This document shows, piece by piece, positions 10,801 to 17,667 of a DNA stretch of 32,000 nt (positions within the stretch are counted from its first letter, which is position 1; every line of letters begins with the position of its first letter). Location: positions 2,910,001-2,942,000 of the forward strand of contig NC_010296.1 in assembly GCF_000010625.1 (NCBI RefSeq). The letters are read 5' to 3'. This DNA comes from Microcystis aeruginosa NIES-843 (GTDB taxonomy: Bacteria > Cyanobacteriota > Cyanobacteriia > Cyanobacteriales > Microcystaceae). Made by a program: the position numbers and the translations under genes. Below the pieces are notes generated by a model. It was not told where the DNA came from. It saw only the letters and a program-made list of their open reading frames with translations, and did not search any database.

Positions 10801-11072
10801 GGAGTATTTTCAACCTTTTTGAGAGAAGTTCCGATATCTTTTGCTTCCAGATGGCCAACTTCTACCATACCCTGATTAATCACAAAATCCGGAGCGCCAC
10901 AAGCAATCCTTTTGGGTTCATTGAGAGCTTGTAGGTTATTATTTAGGGATTCAATTAATTTTTTTAAAGCAGGACGATAACTGTGTTCTGTGGCCTTACC
11001 CTGTTGATAAATGCCTGTGATTTCCTCTAGATATTTTGGCAGTGAGTTACTCATTATCGTTGCGACATACAA
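7857..11072 (-). CDS. Single-polypeptide type IIG/IIL (MmeI-like) restriction endonuclease plus N6-adenine DNA methyltransferase, with a Type-ISP-like C-terminal domain
   Basis: 1071 aa. The N-terminus has a PD-(D/E)xK motif (GAPDFV ... GHLEAKD). SAM motif I is ILDPAVGTGTF and catalytic motif IV is GNPPYS. The C-terminus reads FPRVPLTS...LHLM and GGYQVCQKWLKDRKGRHLSYDDLEHYQQII, as seen in Type ISP / PglX-like C-terminal domains. The start may instead be Met7 (11054). Confidence 0.8.
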   Translation of the reverse strand: MYVATIMSNSLPKYLEEITGIYQQGKATEHSYRPALKKLIESLNNNLQALNEPKRIACGAPDFVINQGMVEVGHLEAKDIGTSLKKVENTPQIKRYLQALGNLIITDHLEFRWYVSGELRLSAAVASLNQKKQIKPDSQGILQVEQLFCQFFLSKVIQITTPRELAKKMAALAQLIRDAIGQALKDQDCGGMLRQQLQSFQRVLISDLNEAQFADMYAQTICYGLFAARCNTDQISSFSRETAGFRLPKTNPFLRGIFHQIAGTELDERITWAVDTLATILQQTDMEGILGSFGKRTRKQDPVVHFYETFLAEYDSKMRESRGVYYTPEPVVSYMVRSVDYILKNKFQIPKGLADAKKITIKNPNNSQETQEVHQVLILDPAVGTGTFLHSVIDHIYDSFRQQKGMWSSYVSKHLLPRLFGFELLMAPYTVAHMKLGLQLQELGYDFSADERLGIYLTNTLQEAFQIPPADGFLNRIRDEAAAAKDVKQEMPVMVILGNPPYSYQSMNTDPWIVNLVKDYYQLDGKPLGERNPKGLLDDYVKFIRFAQYRVAETGYGVVALITNHGYLDNPTFRGMRQNLMQTFDEIYVLDLHGNSKKKEVCPDGSTDQNVFDIQQGVAIAFFIKYQDSQQDLAQVYHADLWGVREVKEHKELVGGKYYWLDENDISSTEWEIINPKSDFYLFNPQSKVSSDEYQKYWELDTIMLTNGSGIKTHRDHFVYDFDKAKLIERINDFRNTLINDSEIKNKYKLEDSLDWNLNQKRKSFTSESNWQSYFTQCLYRPLDIRPYYHHDALVNRLRHEIIQHTMNKNNIGIGIGRQGIAVNDPEWALITVFENAIDTNIFRRGGVNIFPLYLYPTNTPTLFDTEPTNSPNGRRPNLAPEFINKLSAKLELEFISDGKGDEKKTFGPEDIFNYIYAVFHSPQYRQRYAEFLKIDFPRVPLTSNKELFWELVKKGDRLVQLHLMKATGKEISSYPVAGSNLVEQVKYDENKQQISINSDQYFAGIPPQIWNFYIGGYQVCQKWLKDRKGRHLSYDDLEHYQQIISILGESIAIMETIDIIIHKYGGFPFS

Positions 11073-11223
11073 ACGTTCTTCTATAGATAAAATATAACCT
11101 CATTTAGCCCCAATGTTCTCAATTGCTGCTCAAGTTATACCCGTTTAAGGGGACTTCTGGCGAGATTTGAGTTAAACTAGAAAGGTTGACTATTGACAAA
11201 CATCGATCGCACAGGAGTAAATT

Positions 11224-11460
11224 ATGTCTAGAGTCTGTACTATGACGGGGAAAAAGGCCAATAACGCCTATGCGGTGTCCCACTCCCACCGTCGCACCAA
11301 AAAATTACAAGAAGCTAACCTACAATGGAAAAGAGTTTGGTGGTCGGAAGGCAACCGTTGGGTAAAACTACGCATCTCCACCAAAGCTATCAAAACCATT
11401 GAAAAGAAAGGATTAGCCGTCTTCGCTAGAGAAGTAGGCTTAAACTTGAATTTGTACTAA
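11224..11460 (+). CDS. rpmB: 50S ribosomal protein L28
   Basis: 78 aa. MSRVC..TGKK...[18 protein letters not shown] is the classic L28 N-terminus. Confidence 0.95.
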   Translation: MSRVCTMTGKKANNAYAVSHSHRRTKKLQEANLQWKRVWWSEGNRWVKLRISTKAIKTIEKKGLAVFAREVGLNLNLY

Positions 11461-11604
11461 GCGAGTAGTTCAGAAGTGGAAACGAATCGACCCTATCGTT
11501 GACTCCTCTGCTTTTGATTATTAAGTATTGCAACAGGGCGTGATGTGGGGTGAAAACTACCTTTAAGATTAAAAACTTAAAACGACCTGTTCAGGAGAAT
11601 TTCA

Positions 11605-11871
11605 ATGTATTCAACCCTATTAATGGCCGCCACCGCCGTACAAGGTTCCAGCGAATGGAGTCCCAAAGTGGCGATTGTCATGATTATCTGCAATATTCTC
11701 GCTATTGCCTTCGGTAAAGCGACTATTAAACAACAAAATGTCGGTCCTGCTTTACCTTCCCCCGCTTTATTCGGTGGTATGGGATTAGGCGCTTTACTAG
11801 GTACTACCAGTTTTGGTCATGTACTCGGTGCCGGTGTCATCCTCGGTCTCTCCCGTCTCGGAGTTATCTAA
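11605..11871 (+). CDS. psaK: Photosystem I reaction centre subunit PsaK
   Basis: 88 aa. WSPKVAIVMIICNILAIAFGK.TIKQQNVG and SFGHVLGAGVILGL closely match cyanobacterial PsaK. Confidence 0.9.
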   Translation: MYSTLLMAATAVQGSSEWSPKVAIVMIICNILAIAFGKATIKQQNVGPALPSPALFGGMGLGALLGTTSFGHVLGAGVILGLSRLGVI

Positions 11872-11890
11872 ATATGTTTTGATTTTCTCA

Positions 11891-11922
11891 ATCGGTGGCC
11901 AAAAGTCACCGATTTCTTTTGT
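11891..11922 (+). terminator. Rho-independent terminator after psaK
   Basis: The stem ATCGGTG-gccaaaagt-CACCGAT is followed by TTCTTTTGTT. Confidence 0.55.
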
Positions 11923-11984
11923 TAAAAATTCTGGACTATATAAGTAGGTAGGTGTTAAAAATTATCAGACACCCCCGTTATCAA

Positions 11985-12016
11985 GGGTAGGGTTGATTCA
12001 TGAATCAACCCTACCT
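11985..12016. repeat. Palindromic element of the same family as 7287-7314
   Basis: GTAGGGTTGATTCA|TGAATCAACCCTAC is a perfect palindrome sharing the GTAGGG..ATTCATGAAT..CCCTAC consensus. Confidence 0.75.
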
Positions 12017-12078
12017 TATCAAGGGGGATCAAGGGGGGATATAGGGGGGATTTAATTAGAACCAGCTACTTAATAAAT

Positions 12079-13215
12079 ATGACTCTACCTCAAAAAAATT
12101 CTTTTTGGTACGATGAGCGATTTCAGAAGATTTTTCTACAGGTAATTATCCTGCTAATTGTCTGCCTAATTTTCTGGTTTTTTGGTCGCAATTTAGTGAT
12201 TAATTTCCAACGCCTACGCTTAAGTTTTGGCTTTGGATTTCTCTTTGATCCCGACCGACCAGCTTCTTTTGCTATTGGTGACTCTCCTATTGCCTACAGT
12301 CCCACCGATACCTATTTTCGCGCTCTTTTGGTGGGATTGCTTAATTCCCTCCGCATTATGATTAGTGGCATATTTTTGGCGATTAGTCTGGGAATAGTCA
12401 TCGGGTTAGGTCGCTTGTCGGATAATTGGTTAATTCGTCAGTTAGCAACAATTTATGTGGAAACTATTCGCAATACTCCTCTATTATTACAATTATTTTT
12501 CTGGTATTTTGCTGTGTTTCTGAAACTGCCGAAAATTGAGGAATCTTTAGAGTTTTTTGGCAGTGTATTTTTAAATAACTCAGGAGTCTATTTACCTTTT
12601 CCCGCCAATAGTTTCAGGACATGGTTAGCCTTAGCTATAATGATTTTAGGAATAATTCTCTCAGTATTTTTATACCTAAAAAATAAACTTAGTTTATGCC
12701 TAACTAGCCTACTAATCCTAGTTATAATTCCCCTAATTTGGGGTTTACAATGGCAAAGTCCCCAAGTTAATCCTCTTAATCAAAATATTGACTTCGGTTT
12801 ACATCTTTCTTCTGAGTTTGCTACTCTCTTAATCGGTTTAACTGTTTATACAGCTGCCTTTATTGCGGAAACGGTACGGGGGGGGATTCAATCGGTTAAT
12901 CGGGGACAATGGGAAGCAGCTAAAGCCTTGGGATTAAAACCTTTATTAGTGATGAGATTAGTAATTTTTCCCCAAGCTTTGCCAGTGATTATTCCTCCTT
13001 TAACTAATGAATGTTTAAACCTGGTTAAAAACTCTAGTTTAGCGATCGCTATTGGTTATAATGATATTTATGCTATCTCTAGTACCATCGCTAATCAGAC
13101 GGGAAAAGCTGTAGAAATGTTAATAGTAGTTATGGCCACCTATTTATTCTTTAATCTGGTGATTTCCTTGACTATGAATCAATTAAACAAACGGGTAAAA
13201 ATTCAGGAAAGATAG
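12079..13215 (+). CDS. Amino-acid ABC transporter permease (AapQ/NatG-like, His/Glu/Gln/Arg/opine family)
   Basis: 378 aa and polytopic. The EAA-loop QWEAAKALGLKPLLVMRLVIFPQALPVIIPPLTNE is diagnostic for this permease family. Confidence 0.85.
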   Translation: MTLPQKNSFWYDERFQKIFLQVIILLIVCLIFWFFGRNLVINFQRLRLSFGFGFLFDPDRPASFAIGDSPIAYSPTDTYFRALLVGLLNSLRIMISGIFLAISLGIVIGLGRLSDNWLIRQLATIYVETIRNTPLLLQLFFWYFAVFLKLPKIEESLEFFGSVFLNNSGVYLPFPANSFRTWLALAIMILGIILSVFLYLKNKLSLCLTSLLILVIIPLIWGLQWQSPQVNPLNQNIDFGLHLSSEFATLLIGLTVYTAAFIAETVRGGIQSVNRGQWEAAKALGLKPLLVMRLVIFPQALPVIIPPLTNECLNLVKNSSLAIAIGYNDIYAISSTIANQTGKAVEMLIVVMATYLFFNLVISLTMNQLNKRVKIQER

Positions 13216-13292
13216 GGTGTGTTAGCAAGCGCCTAACGTACCGAATCGCACCAAAAGGTAGCCTAACGCACCAGAATTTAGCGATAAATTAA

Positions 13293-13616
13293 TTAATGAG
13301 CATTAGCAGAATATAAAGCGGTGATAATTGCTGTCACCGCAGGACTAAGACTAGATAAAACCACCACAGAAGCGGTGGCAATGATGATAGTAGTAGCCAT
13401 TCTCACCATACCGTCTGTACCTTTTTGATAGGCATCAAATTTATAATCTATGCGATCAATTTTTTGTCCTATTTCATCTCGCCACTTACTGAATGCGTCC
13501 TGTGATTGGCTGAATTTTTCTTGCAAATCACTAACTTCATCACTTAATTGAATCAACGCCGCTCTGATGTCATCATTACTGGGATTTTCGGGAATTTGCA
13601 TGACCTTGATTAGCAA
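13293..13616 (-). CDS. Hypothetical tail-anchored coiled-coil membrane protein
   Basis: 107 aa. A charged, helical N-terminal part is followed by one C-terminal hydrophobic segment (TTIIIATASVVVLSSLSPAVTAIITAL). I recognise no family. Confidence 0.45.
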   Translation of the reverse strand: MLIKVMQIPENPSNDDIRAALIQLSDEVSDLQEKFSQSQDAFSKWRDEIGQKIDRIDYKFDAYQKGTDGMVRMATTIIIATASVVVLSSLSPAVTAIITALYSANAH

Positions 13617-13659
13617 TCAACTAACAACCGCCTATATTATAGCAGTTCTTAGCCATAAA

Positions 13660-14835
13660 TTACAATTTTTTATCGGGAGGAGGAGTCAATCGCCAGCGCA
13701 CTAAAAAACTATCAATACTTTCTAAACATTCCAAGTCATCTTTAGGTAAATAAGAATCTTTTGACAAGAAAGAAAAAGCCTGCTGAAACTCTTGACTATC
13801 AGCTTGAATCGGACTAGCAAAATGACAAGGAATAACCTGTTTAATCGGCCATTGGGCAATTCTATCAACCCATTGACTAACCTCCTCAGTAGTGCGATTA
13901 AGAATCAAAGTTTGCAAAATTGGCGCGACTATTAACCTCCCCTCTCGACGCAAATTTAAAAAAGTCTTTTGCCAATCATCACCCCATTGAAAAGGGAATA
14001 AACCAAAATAGGCTTTTTTACTCTTTTCCTTAGCAGTAAAAGCATCTCTAAACACCTGAATCCAATTGGGAACAGCTAAAACAGGAGGTTGAAAATAAAG
14101 AGCAAAAAGACAAATTCTTTGCCAACCCCGACGGCGATTTTCTGGGGTATCCTCCACCAAATCCTTAGCACTATTTTTAGCGTGAAACAGCAGCGGATAG
14201 GGGTCTAATTCTAAAATAGCGGGAGGATTTTCTGGGATAGAAATAATGGCATCGGTTAGCAGCAGAGTTTGAGAGTAGTGATGAAAAAAAGCCACTTCCG
14301 AGAAGTATCCCACATTCAGATCAATTGCGGGTAAAATTTCATAACTAAAATCTTTTCCTAAAGGAGTGGTTGCCGAGTCAGCAGGTAAAATTTCCGTTCG
14401 TTTTGCCGGTAAACCCAACCAACTCAAAGGTAAATTAAGAGGAAAACTCCATTGATTAGGAGCAACATAAACTATAGCCTTAGGAAAATAACGGGCAAAA
14501 GGACCGACAAAAACCTTATGTTCAATCCCAGAAATCGTCGGCAAAATAATATATTTAACTTCCCCATGTTGACTTTCCAACTCACGCATTAAGCGAATAC
14601 ATTCAGGAGTCGGGGCCACTGGTGCATAAACAAATAAACCCCCAGATGCTAACTTAATTACCGTCATGCGAATCGGCACGACCACATAAAAAATACCCTG
14701 CAATTGCTCAAATGTCCAGAGCGTATCTTTCACCACTTCTTGGCGAATTGTCCGTCTTTGACCATAGGGATAAAGTGGTACAATTGGCCAAAAAGGCCAT
14801 GATAAATCTTGCGGAGTTATTGCGGCTTTTGTCAT
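13660..14835 (-). CDS. DUF4336-family protein (metallo-beta-lactamase-like fold), conserved in cyanobacteria and plastid lineages
   Basis: 391 aa. The N-terminal WPFWPIVPLYPYGQRRT, TFEQ..GIFYV.VPIRMTVIKL and YIILPT.SGIEHKVFVGPFAR are characteristic of the family. Confidence 0.7.
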   Translation of the reverse strand: MTKAAITPQDLSWPFWPIVPLYPYGQRRTIRQEVVKDTLWTFEQLQGIFYVVVPIRMTVIKLASGGLFVYAPVAPTPECIRLMRELESQHGEVKYIILPTISGIEHKVFVGPFARYFPKAIVYVAPNQWSFPLNLPLSWLGLPAKRTEILPADSATTPLGKDFSYEILPAIDLNVGYFSEVAFFHHYSQTLLLTDAIISIPENPPAILELDPYPLLFHAKNSAKDLVEDTPENRRRGWQRICLFALYFQPPVLAVPNWIQVFRDAFTAKEKSKKAYFGLFPFQWGDDWQKTFLNLRREGRLIVAPILQTLILNRTTEEVSQWVDRIAQWPIKQVIPCHFASPIQADSQEFQQAFSFLSKDSYLPKDDLECLESIDSFLVRWRLTPPPDKKL

Positions 14836-14893
14836 CGTCTGATTCTATTGCTGAAAATCTCTATTTTAGTTATCATAAACCTTTCTAATCCCC

Positions 14894-16159
14894 ATGACTG
14901 ATAAACTGCCCATTGATTCTTTGGTCAATACTTGGAATAGTCTCACGGGGGAAGTGATGAAAAGACTCCCCATCGACCAGTTGACTAATACTGTCCTCCA
15001 GTGGTTTAGTGTCAGTGATAGTCAAGTAGCGGAAATTTTAGAAAAAGTCCGTCAAGAATTACCCACCACCGAGGCGCTGTTAATCGGCAAACCCCAAACG
15101 GGAAAAAGTTCGATTATTCGGGGAATAACGGGAGTTTCGGCGGAAATCGTCGGGCAAGGTTTCCGTCCCCACACCCAAAACACCCAGCGCTACACCTACC
15201 CCGCGGAAGACTTACCCCTGTTGATTTTTACCGATACGGTGGGGTTAGGGGATGCCTATCAACACACAGACACGGTAATCGCGGAATTATTAGCAGATTT
15301 AGCCGAAAACACGGGACGCGCCCAGGTTTTTATCGTGACGGTAAAAATTAATGATTTTGCCACCGATAGCCTCCTGGAAATTACCAAACAACTGCGGCAA
15401 AAATACCCTAAAATCCCCTGTTTACTGGCTGTAACCTGCCTTCATCAGCTTTATCCTCCTAATATCGCCGATCATCCCCCTTATCCTCCCGATTTCGAGG
15501 ATATCAATCGCGCCTATCAAGAAATTAAAGAAACTTTTAAGGATTTATACGACAATTCTGTGATAATAGACTTTACCCTAGAGGAAGACGGTTACAACCC
15601 TGTTTTTTACGGTTTAGAGGCATTTAGAGACAATTTAGCCGATTTATTGCCAAAAGCCGAGGCTAACACCATCCACCAACTTTTAGATCGGGAAACCAGC
15701 GATAAATTAGGCCATCTCTATCGGGACGTGGCCCGACGCTATATGTTAGCCTTTTCCGTGATAGCGGCGACCTTGGCGGCGATTCCCTTACCCTTAGCGA
15801 CTATGCCCGTGTTAACCGCCCTACAAGTGTCAATGGTGGGGGTTTTAGGCAAATTATACGGTCAAGTCTTAACCCCATCCCAAGCCGGCGGAGTCGTCAG
15901 TGCGATCGCTGGCGGCTTTTTGGCCCAGGCCATCGGTCGGGAATTGGTGAAATTTATCCCCGGTTTTGGCAGTGTGATCGCCGCTTCTTGGTCCGCTGCC
16001 TATACCTGGGCCCTAGGAGAGGGTGCTTGTGTCTATTTTGGCGATTTAATGGGGGGTAAAAAACCCGATCCTAAGAGGATTCAAAGAGTGATGAAAGAGG
16101 CTTTTTCTGCTGCCCAAGAAAGATTTAAAAATGTCGCTACGGGAGGAGATAAAATCTAG
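14894..16159 (+). CDS. P-loop GTPase fused to a C-terminal DUF697-like membrane domain
   Basis: 421 aa. G1 is GKPQTGKSS and G3 is DTVGLGD. The C-terminal hydrophobic region resembles DUF697/YcjF-type domains. Confidence 0.75.
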   Translation: MTDKLPIDSLVNTWNSLTGEVMKRLPIDQLTNTVLQWFSVSDSQVAEILEKVRQELPTTEALLIGKPQTGKSSIIRGITGVSAEIVGQGFRPHTQNTQRYTYPAEDLPLLIFTDTVGLGDAYQHTDTVIAELLADLAENTGRAQVFIVTVKINDFATDSLLEITKQLRQKYPKIPCLLAVTCLHQLYPPNIADHPPYPPDFEDINRAYQEIKETFKDLYDNSVIIDFTLEEDGYNPVFYGLEAFRDNLADLLPKAEANTIHQLLDRETSDKLGHLYRDVARRYMLAFSVIAATLAAIPLPLATMPVLTALQVSMVGVLGKLYGQVLTPSQAGGVVSAIAGGFLAQAIGRELVKFIPGFGSVIAASWSAAYTWALGEGACVYFGDLMGGKKPDPKRIQRVMKEAFSAAQERFKNVATGGDKI

Positions 16160-16386
16160 TTATTAGCCCCTTAAGTGTTGGAGATAAAGCAGCCTAAGAC
16201 AAGTAGCATATCTTCAAGTTAGCGAGATTTTAGTAACATTCGTCAGCTTTAGCTCCACTGGAAATTTACTTGGGCTTCTCAACCAGAACTATGGTTCAAT
16301 ACAGTTGAATATATCCCGTTCAAGTAATAGACAAAACATATAAAAAATGTGCCATGAGTTTCAGTGAGTAGCAGTATAATGGCTTT

Positions 16387-16512
16387 ATGCAGTTTGACTG
16401 GGATAAGAATAAGGCAGAATGCAATCTATCAAAATACGAAGTCTCATTTGAGGAGGCAAAAACTATTTTTGATGATTCTCTCTATGTTAAATTCTACAAT
16501 CGAGTCATTTAG
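16387..16512 (+). pseudogene. Truncated BrnT-family (DUF497) toxin fragment
   Basis: The 41 codons MQFDWDKNKAECNLSKYEVSFEEAKTIFDDSLYV... match a BrnT N-terminus. The ORF stops at less than half the usual ~90 aa. Confidence 0.55.
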
Positions 16513-16526
16513 AAGGAGTTGATATT

Positions 16527-16706
16527 ATGTTAGTTAAAGGAATTAAAAAAGGCAAAATTATTGAGTTATTAGAGGAAGTTGATTTTCCCGATAATGAAGA
16601 GGTATTAGTAGAAATTAGAGAGGTTAATGATTTTTGGTCAGCCTTGCAAGATTTTAGGCAAAGGGTAGATTTGGCAAGTCTTGATGATGATACTTTTGAT
16701 AATTGA
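16527..16706 (+). CDS. Small DUF104/VapB-like antitoxin-type protein
   Basis: 59 aa, with GGAG 8 nt upstream. MLVKGIKKGKIIELLEEVDFPDNEEVLVEIRE follows the pattern of small antitoxins paired with PIN toxins. It falls below the ORF-track length cutoff. Confidence 0.5.
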   Translation: MLVKGIKKGKIIELLEEVDFPDNEEVLVEIREVNDFWSALQDFRQRVDLASLDDDTFDN

Positions 16707-16738
16707 CGCGACAACTCAACCGGGAGAGATGTTCATTT

Positions 16739-16873
16739 ATGACTCTCAAGTATTTACTAGATACTAATGTTTTGTCAGATCATGGCTCTTATACCAGTTA
16801 TCTTAGCCGTTGTTGTAGTACCTTAACCCCGATACTTTACCCACAGTTAAAAACGAAAGGAAAAAGGCAGTAA
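16739..16873 (+). pseudogene. Remnant of a PIN-domain (VapC-like) toxin
   Basis: It starts MTLKYLLDTNVLS, the canonical PIN N-terminus with the first acidic residue. It then degenerates and runs into the 3' end of cdd. Confidence 0.35.
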
Positions 16874-17248
16874 ATCCGAGAGATTAAAACGATAATTTTG
16901 CTGGGTTCCACAGATAATAATCTCTGCTTGCGGCGCTAATTCGGCTATCCATTGACGACAGGCTCCGCAGGGAGTTAACTGACTAATATCATCCTTCCCA
17001 TCGATACAGGCTATAGCGATCGCCCGTACTTCTCGATCGCCCGCTGCGATTATTTGCGCTAAAGTTGCCCTTTCCGCGCATAAACTCAAGCCATAACTAG
17101 CGTTCTCCACATTAGTACCAGCATAAATCTTTTTATCTGTCAAGACCGCTGCCCCCACCCGAAAACGGGAATAGGGAGAATAGGAAAGTTTCGCCACTTC
17201 CCGAGCAGTGTCACAGAGTTGTTGTCTTTCTTGTTCAGATAGGGTCAT
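16847..17248 (-). CDS. cdd: Cytidine deaminase
   Basis: 133 aa. The zinc motifs CAERATL and PCGACRQW are present, at the typical homotetrameric CDA size. Confidence 0.9.
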   Translation of the reverse strand: MTLSEQERQQLCDTAREVAKLSYSPYSRFRVGAAVLTDKKIYAGTNVENASYGLSLCAERATLAQIIAAGDREVRAIAIACIDGKDDISQLTPCGACRQWIAELAPQAEIIICGTQQNYRFNLSDLLPFSFRF

Positions 17249-17277
17249 CGGCTAGATAGCATCCGAGGCAACTTTGA

Positions 17278-17420
17278 TTACTTCTTAATTATCCCTTTGG
17301 TCGTGCTTTGATGACATCCGAGCAAGACGGCCATTTGCCGTTGAGATAAATTTCCCTCTTGACTAGGTTGGTAGAGCAAGTTTCTTTGTTCTATGTTAAG
17401 ATGTTGGTGGCTTAGTTTTT
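17278..17420 (-). pseudogene. Possible IS30-like transposase N-terminal HTH fragment
   Basis: The minus-strand frame reads ...HLNIEQRNLLYQPSQEGNLSQRQMAVLLGCHQSTTKGIIKK*. This resembles the HL(T)xEER...G.SQR.IA..LG...ST HTH of IS30-type transposases. It has no start codon and no catalytic domain. Confidence 0.3.
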
Positions 17421-17667
17421 GGGATTTGTTGTTGCATTGATCGGACAATACCTCATGAGCCTTTCTCTGTCAACTCTTAAGGAGTCGTGCGTTTCATTTT
17501 TGAATTGGCGATTTAAGATCAGTTTTGTTTAAGTATCTTTTACCATGACTTCTACATCGAACTTTCAGCCGACGATAGTCTCAGAGTTTTAGCCGACCTC
17601 GAACTCAGGCTAGTTGCTCATTTTCACCGCAAAAACTGCATCCATAAATTTATCGCCGAATTTTAGC

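Noticed and set aside
16505-16714. 69-aa Ser-rich ORF on the minus strand
   Set aside because: It is antisense to the better-supported 59-aa antitoxin-like ORF, which has an RBS and a family-like sequence. Its composition is low-complexity.
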